A stretch of 64,000 nucleotides of DNA. Origin: Bacteroidota bacterium (GTDB lineage: Bacteria > Bacteroidota > Bacteroidia > AKYH767-A > 2013-40CM-41-45). How positions within the stretch are numbered: position 1 is the stretch's first letter; each line of letters starts with the position of its first letter. The stretch spans positions 618-64,617 of the forward strand of contig JANLPR010000201.1 of the NCBI GenBank assembly GCA_031367345.1, given 5' to 3'. A program made the translations under genes and the position numbers. The notes under the pieces are model-generated. The model was not told the DNA's origin. It saw only the letters and a list, made by a program, of their open reading frames with translations, and did not search any database. Shown one piece after another: positions 21,021 to 31,645 of the stretch.

Positions 21021-22103
21021 TTATTTACCCGTTCCGGTTGTAAAGTCTTTCCAGCTTTTCACTTTGTATACATCTTCACCATAAAAGTGCGCTATCTGGT
21101 TTAAAAAAACAGAATTGATAAACGATGGAATTGCATCTACTATTTCATTCTCTTCATTTAAGATTACCAGCGAAGGAAACGATAACGAGCCATGACACAA
21201 TTCGAAGGCTAGACTATGATACGGAATTTGAACTGTTCCAGGATTAACCATCACTTTTCCTTTATAATAAAGAGTATCTTTTATCGTTGGATTAAATTCG
21301 ATGAGATCGAACTTTTTAGATATATATGCCATGTTCACCGAATCGGTGAAAGTTGATCTCTTCTCTACCTTACAGCTATTGCACCAATCATAATTTCCAA
21401 GAAATATCATTTTCTTTTTTTCCGTTTTCATCTCTTTTGTGAACACATCTACCGGCTGCTTCCATTCAACTTGCTTTATCTTTTCGTTGATTGTAGTATC
21501 ATAAAATGCTTTTTGATACCCATTATTGAAATCATCATAGCCGGAATTGCGATATGCGCCCTCTAATGAGAAGATAAGTATTGGCTCTAACTTCTGTGCC
21601 TCCAAAAATCCGGCTGCTATCATACTAAACTTGTATTCGTTTTTTTCTTGATCTAATCCATTCAAAAAAAGTGTAGTCGGATACATCAATTTATTTTGAA
21701 GTAACTTAACTGCTAGCGGATGTGGAGTTCGTGGCTGATTGCTCGCAGGAAAATATTTTACGCCCAAATATTCAATTGTATCCTTCCCTTCTGCATCGAA
21801 TTTAACAGGATAAAAATAGGCATTAATGTACGATGAAATATTCGCATCGGCATACGTTGTTTTCATCATGTGCTTACACCATCCACACCAATCGGTATAG
21901 AAGTCCATTATGATTGGACGAGGCTGCGTTTTGTATTTAATCATGGCCTCTTGGTAAGTCATCCATTTTACCAAACTTCCTTCGCTGTCAGCTTGCTGGC
22001 TTACCACATTTCCTTCGCGTGTAGCTTGCTGGCCGAAGGATGCTAAACTGAACAAACAAAAATAAATCGCTAGTTTTAATTTCATCTGTGCAAAAATAGT
22101 CAA
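21021..22103 (-). CDS. Secreted protein with two thioredoxin-like domains (thiol:disulfide oxidoreductase-like).
   Basis: Signal peptide. Two CxxC motifs in a Trx context (FYTDWCGWCK and NYDWCNSCK). Confidence 0.6.
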   Translation of the reverse strand: MTIFAQMKLKLAIYFCLFSLASFGQQATREGNVVSQQADSEGSLVKWMTYQEAMIKYKTQPRPIIMDFYTDWCGWCKHMMKTTYADANISSYINAYFYPVKFDAEGKDTIEYLGVKYFPASNQPRTPHPLAVKLLQNKLMYPTTLFLNGLDQEKNEYKFSMIAAGFLEAQKLEPILIFSLEGAYRNSGYDDFNNGYQKAFYDTTINEKIKQVEWKQPVDVFTKEMKTEKKKMIFLGNYDWCNSCKVEKRSTFTDSVNMAYISKKFDLIEFNPTIKDTLYYKGKVMVNPGTVQIPYHSLAFELCHGSLSFPSLVILNEENEIVDAIPSFINSVFLNQIAHFYGEDVYKVKSWKDFTTGTGK

Positions 22104-22386
22104 TAACTAATGAGTTTTTTCTTAAAAATGACACCCAATGAGGCATAAAATCTAACCTGAATTATATTCTTAGTATTTGTTGCTTAAAAATCCTCTTTAG
22201 GCTAACAAAGCTCCTTTTTTCTCTAAATAACGCTCTTTATACAAATTTAATTCGTCCAAATTTGGCTTTCCAAGACCTTTTCAAACTAACTTTTATCGTC
22301 TGAGACGGGCTGTTTACCCACTCAATTGCGACTACTTACCAATAAAAAATGACAGCATACCGTGTTTGGGTTAATTTGCTTGAACG

Positions 22387-23787
22387 ATGAAATACTTACT
22401 TGCCTTCCTCTTCTCGACAACATTATTTTCTGCAGTTTCTGCACAAACAACTTTTGAGAGAACATACTCTTATGGAATTGGGTCTTCAATATGCCCTTTG
22501 CCAAACGGAGATTTTTTAACCGGTATCAACTACCCGCTCTATGGAATTGCACGGATGGATGAAAATGGAAATGTACTTTCATTTCAAAATACTAACCATA
22601 CTACCATCAATTATATTAAACAAGCAAACGATGGCGGATTTGTTTATACCGGCATGAGCTTGATTAATTCGTATGCCACAGTTTCTAAAATGGATCAATA
22701 TGGTTCTACGCTTTGGACAAAATCTTTTCAGCCATCAGGGTTTTCTGCTAGCGCTTCCGGAATTCTTCCTTTAACTGATAACACATATATTTTTAATATG
22801 TCGAGTAACGGAGCCAATGTTTCTATGCCATATCAAATTTTTAAACTCGATGACGATGGCAATGAATTGTGGAGAAATTTTCCGGGTGATGCAACGGCTT
22901 CTAACCACTCCCTTATTAATAGCGACCATCTAGTTATTGACGCTTACACTACAAGAGTAAACGACGAATTCGGCATCATTACTATTACGGGTATTGACAA
23001 AATAAATGGATTCACACAATGGTCAAAAACCATTTACGATCCTGCTTTAATGGTTAATAGTAACTATCCCGGATTTTCATTGGCTGCCAACTCAAGTTGC
23101 TTGTCTGCTGCGAACGAAATTTACGTAGCGGGTTCAAAATCTTTAATGACGGATCCAATGACCGGAACTTCTTACCAGTTCATTTTAAAAACAGATGTTA
23201 CCGGGAATACTCTTTGGGCAAAAACTTTTGGTGAAGGATCGTTTCAACAGATCAATCAGGTGGCCGATGGAGGATTAGTTTTGATTGGCAAAGATGCTAA
23301 GTACGATGGATGGATGATGATGAAAATAAATTCAAACGGCGACAGCTTGTGGTCAACTTATTTTAACGCATTCAACAACTCCACAGCTTTAGATTTTCAT
23401 GAAACTGCCGATCAAGGCTTTCTTGTAAGTGGTTATGCGTATGAGGATATTAATCAAGCTTATTATACTTACATTATTAAAACTGATAGTAGAGGTCAAG
23501 TTGGAAAAGTGACAACCATTAACACTACTACCGAATCAATTTTTAACAATGCTTCTTTCTCGCCAACATTTGTACACGACAAAGCTGTTATTCAACTTCC
23601 TGTTCAAGCTATGTCGACTAGCAACAGCGCCGTTGTAGTTGATATGTCGGGGAAAATAGTAAAAGATTTTTCTATTGTAGATGTACAAACAGAATTTAGC
23701 AGAGAAAATTTATCGTCAGGTGCTTATACGCTCGTGATTAAAAATAGTAATGGAAGTAGCGCTCATTTCAAATTTATAGTAGAGTAA
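22387..23787 (+). CDS. T9SS-sorted secreted beta-propeller-repeat protein.
   Basis: Signal peptide MKYLLAFLFSTTLFSAVSAQ. Repeated ...DGG(F/Y)V..G......(W/Y)..K... blades. C-terminal sorting-domain-like tail (AYTLVIKNSNGSSAHFKFIVE). Confidence 0.6.
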   Translation: MKYLLAFLFSTTLFSAVSAQTTFERTYSYGIGSSICPLPNGDFLTGINYPLYGIARMDENGNVLSFQNTNHTTINYIKQANDGGFVYTGMSLINSYATVSKMDQYGSTLWTKSFQPSGFSASASGILPLTDNTYIFNMSSNGANVSMPYQIFKLDDDGNELWRNFPGDATASNHSLINSDHLVIDAYTTRVNDEFGIITITGIDKINGFTQWSKTIYDPALMVNSNYPGFSLAANSSCLSAANEIYVAGSKSLMTDPMTGTSYQFILKTDVTGNTLWAKTFGEGSFQQINQVADGGLVLIGKDAKYDGWMMMKINSNGDSLWSTYFNAFNNSTALDFHETADQGFLVSGYAYEDINQAYYTYIIKTDSRGQVGKVTTINTTTESIFNNASFSPTFVHDKAVIQLPVQAMSTSNSAVVVDMSGKIVKDFSIVDVQTEFSRENLSSGAYTLVIKNSNGSSAHFKFIVE

Positions 23788-23822
23788 ACCCACGCTAATG
23801 CTTTACTAATGCCCGCCAATGC

Positions 23823-23857
23823 AAAAGGCTGTCTGCGTGACAGCCTTTTCATTTTTT
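23823..23857. terminator. Bidirectional rho-independent terminator between convergent genes.
   Basis: aaaaGGCTGTCtgcgtGACAGCCtttt cattttttac. It lies between the stops at 23787 (+) and 23887 (-). Confidence 0.55.
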
Positions 23858-23886
23858 ACTTTTTTATTTATCAGCTTTCGTATCAA

Positions 23887-24741
23887 TCAAGATCCCATTT
23901 CAATATCGGCCGAAAAAGTGTTCCCGTTTTTTATATCACCCATTTTATATCCTTTATAAAACCATTCTTTTCTTTGTTGAGAGGTGCCATGAGTAAAGGC
24001 ATCGGGAACAACACTTCCTCCGCTTTGTTTTTGAATATTGTCGTCGCCAACTGCATTCGCAGCGTTCAATGCTTCTTCAATGTCTCCTTCTTCAACAATA
24101 TGATTTTTTTGATCGGCGAAATGAGCCCACACTCCGGCATAATAATCGGCTTGCAATTCAAGCTTTACCGAATATTTATTGTAAGCAGTTTCTGTTAGTT
24201 CCTCACGCAATCGCTGCATCTTTTCAGTTGTACCTAATAAGTTTTGTACATGATGGCCCACTTCATGTGCTATTACATACGCCATTGCAAAATCGCCGGA
24301 AGCATGAAAACGGTTTTTTAACTCTTCGTAAAAAGATAGATCGATGTATAATTTTCTATCGGCCGGACAATAAAAAGGACCGGACTCTGCTCCTGCAGTT
24401 CCACAACCGGACTGAACTCTATCACGAAACAAAACTAATTTTGGTTCTGTGTAACGCAATCCATTTTCTTCAAAAATAGTTTTCCATGTATTCTCAGTTT
24501 CTGCCAGTACAACAGAAACAAATTGCGCCATCGTATCTTCTGATTGTTGTTCTGCTGCCGACAATGTTTTGCCGGATTGCATTGAATTAATGTCGGGTAA
24601 TTGTGATGGATCTCCACCAAGAAATGCATAAAGCAAATACACCACAAGTCCCAAAGCGCTTCCACCTTTAAGAATTCCTCCTGTAGAAAGACCTCTTCTG
24701 TCTTCTACGTTATCACTACCACTCCTCCCTTTCCAAAGCAT
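23887..24741 (-). CDS. Neutral zinc metallopeptidase, YpfJ family.
   Basis: N-terminal TM/GGD region (MLWKGRSGSDNVEDRRG...). HEVGHHVQN zinc-binding motif. 284 aa. Confidence 0.75.
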   Translation of the reverse strand: MLWKGRSGSDNVEDRRGLSTGGILKGGSALGLVVYLLYAFLGGDPSQLPDINSMQSGKTLSAAEQQSEDTMAQFVSVVLAETENTWKTIFEENGLRYTEPKLVLFRDRVQSGCGTAGAESGPFYCPADRKLYIDLSFYEELKNRFHASGDFAMAYVIAHEVGHHVQNLLGTTEKMQRLREELTETAYNKYSVKLELQADYYAGVWAHFADQKNHIVEEGDIEEALNAANAVGDDNIQKQSGGSVVPDAFTHGTSQQRKEWFYKGYKMGDIKNGNTFSADIEMGS

Positions 24742-24906
24742 CGTTTTTTTTTGTGAAGATAAATAATATTACGAATTAATTAAAATTCATAATTACCCTC
24801 TTTAATTTTCGCAAAATTAATTCTGTTATTCGCCAAAAAACAAGTCTTTATTCTATTAATACTGAATAAAAATTCAATTACTCCATTTGATATGTAAAAT
24901 TAAAAG

Positions 24907-25494
24907 TTATAAATAATACCGTACCATTGGCCGATTCTTCGATGTTCTGTCTACAATTTCAAATCCTGCTCTTTCAAATGACTTGTACAATCCTATCCAT
25001 GCAAATGTATCAGGTAAAATATCTTTAGTAGGAATTGTTGGATAAGCTTCAATAATTTTAATTCGATTTTCTTTTGCATATTGAATTACGCCTTTCAATA
25101 ATTTAACCGACACTCCTTGTCTTCGAAAATCTTTATGAATAAAAAAGCAAGGAATCGACCAAACAGGTTTATCATCTATTCGCTTATGAACTCTAGATCT
25201 GCCAAGTTTCGAAAAATTTTCGCGAGGAGCAAATGCACACCATGCTATGGCCCGACCTTCATACAGTGCCATTAAACCGGCCGGTTGATTGTTCCACACT
25301 AACTCTTTCATTGCATTTTTATTCCCTTCGTCAATTTTCCCCTCTTGAAAATCACTTTTACTTAAACGATAATACATGCACCAGCAATTTCCACAAGCTC
25401 CTTTTACTCCGAATAACTCTATAAACTTTCCCCAGTTTTTTTTGGACAAAGGCTCTACTGTTAATTCGTTAGAAATTATACTTTCGTTTTCCAC
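24907..25494 (-). CDS. GNAT family N-acetyltransferase.
   Basis: Acetyl-CoA motif region HKDFRRQGVSVKLLKGVIQYAKE. 195 aa. Confidence 0.7.
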   Translation of the reverse strand: MENESIISNELTVEPLSKKNWGKFIELFGVKGACGNCWCMYYRLSKSDFQEGKIDEGNKNAMKELVWNNQPAGLMALYEGRAIAWCAFAPRENFSKLGRSRVHKRIDDKPVWSIPCFFIHKDFRRQGVSVKLLKGVIQYAKENRIKIIEAYPTIPTKDILPDTFAWIGLYKSFERAGFEIVDRTSKNRPMVRYYL

Positions 25495-25698
25495 TTGTAG
25501 TAATTAAAAAATTCTTAAAATAAATAGCTTCTAGAATCGATTGGGTTGGCCAATATTCATTTCCTTTTTTTATTATAAAATAAAATCACGTGTTCATAAT
25601 CAGCTAAACAAATATATCAAAACGAAATTGATAAATAAAGTAATGAAAAACACTTTTTATTCTTTCCGAATAATAAAAATAAATCACTGAATGAAGTA

Positions 25699-26334
25699 TT
25701 ACTTTGCCAAAAACTTATTCTCACAGTTCATCAATTCAAGAGCACTTATCTTTTGAGCTAATTCATTTTGCAATGTGACGGTTTTATCTTTTGAATACCA
25801 AGTATGCAACTCTAATTCAAAATCCGATTTAGAAATAGTGTCAACATTGGCTTTCCACCTCAACATAATTTGATTTGCAGGTTCCGGCCTCGATCCCCAC
25901 ATTCCTACCACATTGTCTGAGTTACGATCTACTATTATTAAATATGGAATAGCATGTTTCGCACTTCGTATTACTCTATCCCATATCGCAGGATTCTCTT
26001 CGCTCAAAAATATTAAAAGCTCTATTTTTCCTGAAGACGCATTCGCTATTTTTTCAAAGACGGGTATGATCTGTGCACAATCACCACACCATGCCTCCGC
26101 CATCACTGCCCAAACTTGCTCACATTTCATTTGGCTAATAAGATTGCTAAGTTCCGAATTTATCGCTATCGTTTTATCAAGACGATTCATTCGTTGAATA
26201 TTCAATTTGGTAAAATCGAATAGCTCTTGCGATTGAATTGGTCCAGTTGTTTTTCCCTCACTCACCAACTGATTTACCAGTTTTCTGTATGAAGTATAGT
26301 CGTACGAGTTTTTGAGTAATAATTTCCCCTTCAT
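25699..26334 (-). CDS. Thioredoxin-family protein.
   Basis: AEAWCGDCAQIIPVF (WCxxC in a Trx fold). 211 aa. Confidence 0.65.
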   Translation of the reverse strand: MKGKLLLKNSYDYTSYRKLVNQLVSEGKTTGPIQSQELFDFTKLNIQRMNRLDKTIAINSELSNLISQMKCEQVWAVMAEAWCGDCAQIIPVFEKIANASSGKIELLIFLSEENPAIWDRVIRSAKHAIPYLIIVDRNSDNVVGMWGSRPEPANQIMLRWKANVDTISKSDFELELHTWYSKDKTVTLQNELAQKISALELMNCENKFLAK

Positions 26335-26647
26335 GCTTTACTTAAATCCTTATTTCTTTTTTTACTTTGACTAATATAATGATGCAATGTCTCATGTTAT
26401 AATTCTATAACATTATTATAAAGTAAATTATAAAACGATTCAATAGTTTTTTGATTCCATTTTTCCAACTCTACCCGCTTACTTCCATGCGTTCAAATAC
26501 ATTTACATTTTTCATTTTCTCGGAGCAGTATTTCAATTAAAATTAATTGGCATAATAATGTATCCGGTGATGCACTACCGAAATACACCATATTACCTGC
26601 AGATAAATATACTTTTAATTAATAATTGAATAAGCTAGTAATAAATA

Positions 26648-27280
26648 CTAATGAGCCACTATTAATCTCCCTTTAGTTTTATCTATCAGTCCTTCACCCG
26701 AAATTAAAAACAAATAAATTCCATTTGGCAATTCAGAAGCATCAATTTCAAAATAGTCATTAGTTGTACTAAAGGTTTTTATTTGAACTCCAAACGGATT
26801 ATACAACGCTAATTGAAATGAGCCACTCTTCCTATTGCTAAAATAGATTTTCGATTCATCTATGACAGGATTTGGTCTAACTTGATAACCGTTGGCTGTC
26901 ACATCAATAACTTGAATCTGCAAAACTTCCGAATTACCATTTCCACCTAACTGGATAAAATAATAACTAAAACCATTCTTAATTGGATTCGCATCTATAA
27001 AACTATAGGCTTGCGCAAAAGAATTATTTCCACAAACACCCGGAATGTCTCCAATTGTAGAGTAACTAATTTTATCTACTGAACGATATACTTGAATACC
27101 ATTACAAGTACTTCCCGAACTAATCGTCCAGTTTAAATACACTTTTCCGTAATATTCTGTTACACTAAAATTGTCGAGAATTAAACTTCGTTGAGCATAG
27201 CCTTTGTATGTTGAAATAAGCATCAACAAACAAAATACAGCTAATCGAAAAGCAATTTTAACCTCTGTCGCTTTTTCCAT
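26648..27280 (-). CDS. Small T9SS-sorted secreted protein.
   Basis: Signal peptide. C-terminal VRPNPVIDESKIYFS...GIYLFLI...GRLIVAH sorting-domain pattern. Confidence 0.6.
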   Translation of the reverse strand: MEKATEVKIAFRLAVFCLLMLISTYKGYAQRSLILDNFSVTEYYGKVYLNWTISSGSTCNGIQVYRSVDKISYSTIGDIPGVCGNNSFAQAYSFIDANPIKNGFSYYFIQLGGNGNSEVLQIQVIDVTANGYQVRPNPVIDESKIYFSNRKSGSFQLALYNPFGVQIKTFSTTNDYFEIDASELPNGIYLFLISGEGLIDKTKGRLIVAH

Positions 27281-27363
27281 ATGTACGAATTTATTTTAAT
27301 CTGTTTATTATTTTATAGTGATTGAACATTTCTAAAAAAAACAATTTGCTTCTACCTTTTCAA

Positions 27364-27624
27364 TTATTTAATTGACTGAATTAATCGAGTCTTAAATTCC
27401 GGGTTTTCTTGATGTAGAATTTCTTCACCTATTTCTGACTTAATATAATTACTTATCAATTTATTCATTATCGTTAGTTGCTTCCGGTATGTCTTGCAAG
27501 CAGTACACATACTTGTATGGATCAAAAGGTTAAACGACTCAATAACGCTCAAGCCTATCAACTCCTGCTTTTCCATTATTTCAGTCGCTTTTTTACAAGA
27601 AACTAACATCTTTTTAACTATCAT
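27364..27624 (-). CDS. Small anti-sigma factor (zinc-finger type) partnered with the ECF sigma.
   Basis: 86 aa with Cys/His-containing SCKKATEIM...HTSMCTACK. It starts 5 nt after the sigma-factor stop. Confidence 0.55.
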   Translation of the reverse strand: MIVKKMLVSCKKATEIMEKQELIGLSVIESFNLLIHTSMCTACKTYRKQLTIMNKLISNYIKSEIGEEILHQENPEFKTRLIQSIK

Positions 27625-27628
27625 CCTC

Positions 27629-28225
27629 TTATTTTTTATTAAACCAATTTAGCTCTATGCATTTTCTTAAATTCAATTTGGCTCGGTGTAAAATCTGCCA
27701 AAAATTAGTCGGAGTAATGCCCAATTCCTGACAAATTATTTTTCCGTCTTTACTTGCCAAGTATTTCAATTGAATAGCTGAATTCCATTGTGGAGGTAAT
27801 TTTTCCAAGCATTTCTTTAATGCTTTATTAAATTCAAGGTTGTCCAACAAGTTTTCATTCGGCTCTCCCCAGTCGGCCGGGTGAGCGCTATTGATCCATT
27901 CTTCATCTTTATCGAAAAAATTATTCCGGGAATTTATTGTTTCAGAATTTAACTTTTCACTCGCCAATTCTATCTTGAAATTATTTCTATGATAATCGTA
28001 GATTTTATTTTTTAAAATGGAAAACAACCAGGTTTTAATACTGCTTTTGTTTTCAAATTTTGTGTATGCCTGCATGGCCGCAACAAAGGTATCTTGCACA
28101 AGGTCTTCTGCCGTCTCTTTGCGCGATGTTTTATAAAATGCCCATGAGTACAGTTGATCGGAATACAAATCGATCCACTCTCTAAAATTTTGATTTGAAT
28201 CATTTGAAGATTCACCGTTTTCCAT
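27629..28225 (-). CDS. RNA polymerase sigma-70 factor, ECF subfamily.
   Basis: Sigma region 2 (LYSWAFYKTSRKETAEDLVQDTFVAAM) and region 4 HTH (ICQELGITPTNFWQILHRAKLNLRKCIE). Confidence 0.85.
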   Translation of the reverse strand: MENGESSNDSNQNFREWIDLYSDQLYSWAFYKTSRKETAEDLVQDTFVAAMQAYTKFENKSSIKTWLFSILKNKIYDYHRNNFKIELASEKLNSETINSRNNFFDKDEEWINSAHPADWGEPNENLLDNLEFNKALKKCLEKLPPQWNSAIQLKYLASKDGKIICQELGITPTNFWQILHRAKLNLRKCIELNWFNKK

Positions 28226-28561
28226 ACTTTAAGTCAAATTATTTTACTTGTTCCTACATTGAAAGAAATGAAAAATTGTCAGATCAAATTTTAGTCAATC
28301 AAACTTTAGATAGATCGAAATTATTTGATCTCAAATTACATTCCTCTCACTTTAGTTGTTAGTCCACCTTTTTATCCGATCAATCACATTCTTCAATAAT
28401 AATCCGAATGCTATTCCAATACCTACCAAGGTGGCAATATGTATTCCTCTTATATTTTCTATTCCATCTTATTTTTGATAATTGAAAATCAAAATCATTA
28501 CTCCTTTAACTGGAAATACAAAATGTCTTACTTTATTTCTTTTGTCCATAATTTTAAATGA

Positions 28562-30136
28562 TCAATGTAAAATCATTACTTTCTTTGTAAATAAACTTTT
28601 ATTGCCAATTATTTTTATCAAATATACTCCATTTGTCTCATCGCCCAGATTTATCTCAATCGTTTTTTTATCTGAAATTTTAACTTTATATATCACTCTG
28701 CCTAATAAATCGAGCACCTCTATTTCTCCATGTATCCATTCGTCTTTCAACTGAATATTAAACTTCCCGTTGTTGGGATTTGGATAGAAAGAAATATTAC
28801 CCATTGTGTTATTTTGTATGTCCACTGAAATACATAAAGGTGTAATTGCTCCTCCGTTCCCAATATTCGACCGGGTAAAGGAAGTAATAGTGTTTGCACT
28901 TGTTACCAGTGTTGCGGGGCTAACTACATCTGTACGTGTACTTGAAGTAAGGGTGGATGGTGTATTCTCGAAACAACCTGAAAAACCTATAGAGTCGCAT
29001 TTAATTAATGACAAATCATATTGTGTACCACCACCAAATGACCAGGAAAGTCCACCAATCAAAAATCCTCCATCTGATGTTAATGCTAACGTATGCGCCT
29101 CATCAATACTTACTGAGCCTATCATGCGCGACCAATTTAAATTTCCTGTAGCGCTTGTATTTAGTAAATATACATCAGATGTACTTCCGGTTCCAAAAAA
29201 ACTATACGACGCACCTGCAATTGTATAGCCATCGTCAGGCATTTGTTTAACTACATATCCATAATCGGCCAGTGTACCTCCGTACGATTTAGTCCAGAGT
29301 GTATCACCAATGCTATTCGTTTTTATTAAATAAACGTCGTGATTCCCGGCGCCTGAACTTAATATTGTGCCAACAAGAATATATCCTCCGTCACTTGTAG
29401 TCTGAACGCTATAACCATAATCATGGGAAGCCCCACCATACTTTTTCGACCAGATCATATTCCCGGAAAAATCTGTATTGATCAAATAAGCATCGAAATT
29501 TCCAGCTCCTAACGAAGTATAACCGGCTATAATAAAACCATTATTTGCAAGTTGAATATCATAAGCAGATTCCGTTGATGTTCCTCCAAATGTTTTTGAC
29601 CATTGAAATATTCCATCAGAATCTACTTTCAATATATAAACATCAATAAAACCGGAACCAAAACTATTTGTATAACCCGCAATTATAAAACCTCCGTCTC
29701 CGGTTTGCTTTATTGAATTGCCTCCTTCATCACTTGCTCCACCATATGCTCTGGTCCATAATGTGTCGCCTGAATTATTTAGTTTTATCAAATAAACATC
29801 ACTTCCTCCTGCGCCAAAACTATACGTTGACCCCACAACTACATAACCATTGTCAATTGTTTTTTGAATATCCACCCCCTGATCTGTTTCCAAACCTCCA
29901 ATCGTTCTCGTCCATAGTGTATCTCCCATTACATTAGTTTTGATTACATACACATCAAAAGTGTCTGTTCCAAAACTATTTGTATAACCGGCCATCACAT
30001 AGTTGCCATCAGCATCAATTAACAACGACTGGCATCTTTCGTATTTTGAGCCGACATATTTTTTTTGAAAAGCAATTTGAGCCTTTACATTTACACCGGT
30101 AAATAATAATACAACTAAAAGTAAAATTCTATTCAT
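28562..30136 (-). CDS. T9SS-sorted secreted protein built from ~8 tandem ~47-aa beta-propeller repeats.
   Basis: Signal peptide. Repeats of GG..D.G..(V/I)..T.DGG(Y/F)(I/V).(A/V)GYT.SFG.G..DVYLIK.N..GDTLW(T/S)(K/R).YGG. C-terminal FYPNPNNGKFNIQLK...GVYLIKI...KVMILH. Confidence 0.7.
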   Translation of the reverse strand: MNRILLLVVLLFTGVNVKAQIAFQKKYVGSKYERCQSLLIDADGNYVMAGYTNSFGTDTFDVYVIKTNVMGDTLWTRTIGGLETDQGVDIQKTIDNGYVVVGSTYSFGAGGSDVYLIKLNNSGDTLWTRAYGGASDEGGNSIKQTGDGGFIIAGYTNSFGSGFIDVYILKVDSDGIFQWSKTFGGTSTESAYDIQLANNGFIIAGYTSLGAGNFDAYLINTDFSGNMIWSKKYGGASHDYGYSVQTTSDGGYILVGTILSSGAGNHDVYLIKTNSIGDTLWTKSYGGTLADYGYVVKQMPDDGYTIAGASYSFFGTGSTSDVYLLNTSATGNLNWSRMIGSVSIDEAHTLALTSDGGFLIGGLSWSFGGGTQYDLSLIKCDSIGFSGCFENTPSTLTSSTRTDVVSPATLVTSANTITSFTRSNIGNGGAITPLCISVDIQNNTMGNISFYPNPNNGKFNIQLKDEWIHGEIEVLDLLGRVIYKVKISDKKTIEINLGDETNGVYLIKIIGNKSLFTKKVMILH

Positions 30137-30179
30137 CTCTTTTTTTTATGCGATAATCCGAAAACCAATTCCTGCAAAA

Positions 30180-30965
30180 TTAATATTTAGAAAACCTTCC
30201 TCTTCCCCAATAGTTTTTACAATTCAAATTAAAAAAATATTCGCCTGCCGGAAATTCTTTTGTGTCTAATATATACTTATCTGCCTGAACTATGTTAATA
30301 GACTTTAAAAGTTTGCCATCGACACTGAATAAAGATAGCGTGAAATTATTTTGATTCCTATTCTCAAATTCTATGGTCACAAAGTCTTTTGCGGGATTTG
30401 GATATACTTCACTCAACACTTCTATTAAATTTTCTTTAATGTTGGTAGTAATAAACATCATATCATCAACACTAATGTAAGTAGAGTTAACCCCTGCATT
30501 TGCAATTTGAATTTCTACCGAATCAACAAGTATACTACTCTGTGAAAACGGAATGCCGACAGGAGTCCAATTTAGTAGAGGTGAGGAGTAAGTCCATTGT
30601 GCGCTGTCTACGATGTTATTACTATAAAAAAGTTTTGACACAATGCTCACCTCTTCACTTCCTGCAACATTTGTTTTCACAAAAAAATTTAATTGATTCG
30701 GGTGTGCTGAAATTGCAAACTTTATTTTAGCAAAACTATTTATTCCCATAGCATTAATTTGTAGCGCATAATTACCTTGATGTGCAAGTGTGTCTTTTAC
30801 TACCGGAGTCTGAATTTGATTGTCCCCGGTTTGCCATTCATCGGGATTATCAAACCACCCGCCAATGTTTGTCCAACTTTCAAAACCGGAATTTGGTATT
30901 TGCTGTGCTTCTACACGAACGGAAAAAGAAACAATAAGCAGAAATAAAAAAAATTGAGTTTTCAT
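30180..30965 (-). CDS. T9SS-sorted secreted protein.
   Basis: Signal peptide MKTQFFLFLLIVSFSVRVEAQ. C-terminal VYPNPAKDFVTIEFE...GEYFFNL. Confidence 0.6.
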   Translation of the reverse strand: MKTQFFLFLLIVSFSVRVEAQQIPNSGFESWTNIGGWFDNPDEWQTGDNQIQTPVVKDTLAHQGNYALQINAMGINSFAKIKFAISAHPNQLNFFVKTNVAGSEEVSIVSKLFYSNNIVDSAQWTYSSPLLNWTPVGIPFSQSSILVDSVEIQIANAGVNSTYISVDDMMFITTNIKENLIEVLSEVYPNPAKDFVTIEFENRNQNNFTLSLFSVDGKLLKSINIVQADKYILDTKEFPAGEYFFNLNCKNYWGRGRFSKY

Positions 30966-31211
30966 TTTTAATTATTTTTTAAACGAAAAACAAACTTAAT
31001 AAATCATTGTATAAGGCCTTTCTAAACTAAGGCATCCAAATGATTTAACTTTCACTTAAAGTTAATAATAAAAACTTAAAAACGGACTTAAATTATTTAA
31101 TTTTCACAGGCGAATTTCTAAATTAATTTCTAAAATCTACAAATTAGTTCTCGACCATTAAAATCAGCCGAAACTACACTTTATTTAGTGTTGGAAAACT
31201 ACTTCCAGCGC

Positions 31212-31448
31212 TCAAGTTTTGATATTTCTTTCGTAAAAAAAACTGGCAATGAAACAAGGGAAGCCCATCGTTTTAAATTTTGCTTTTACAAATGATTGCA
31301 TTTTTTCGCTTGTGTCTATTTCCGGATTTTGAAAAATACCGATTACATAACAATGCGAGCAATAAGTTTCGCTTTTACTGCCATCACTGTTTGTTCGTCC
31401 ACCTTGAAGAATTTTCTTCAACGGCATACTGCAACTTTGATAATTCAT
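31212..31448 (-). CDS. Small zinc-ribbon domain protein.
   Basis: CSMPL...YCSHCYVIG is a CxxxP/CxxC zinc-ribbon arrangement. ~78 aa. Confidence 0.45.
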   Translation of the reverse strand: MNYQSCSMPLKKILQGGRTNSDGSKSETYCSHCYVIGIFQNPEIDTSEKMQSFVKAKFKTMGFPCFIASFFYERNIKT

Positions 31449-31645
31449 ATACATCTTTTCTTTTTTTTAATTCTTACTCTTTGTGCTCATGTAATTTACA
31501 AACCAAAGAATTCCAAATTTATCGATAAACATTCCAAAGTATGCTCCATTATATGTGATGTAAGGGTTGATTGATGTCATTGGTAATTGTATATGAAAAC
31601 AATGTACAACTTATGAGAGTCCTATATATATTTTCGTTTGGAAAA

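Noticed and set aside
22322-22504. 60-aa minus-strand ORF overlapping the start of the T9SS gene at 22387.
   Set aside because: It overlaps the promoter and 5' end of a well-supported plus-strand gene and has no features of a real gene.
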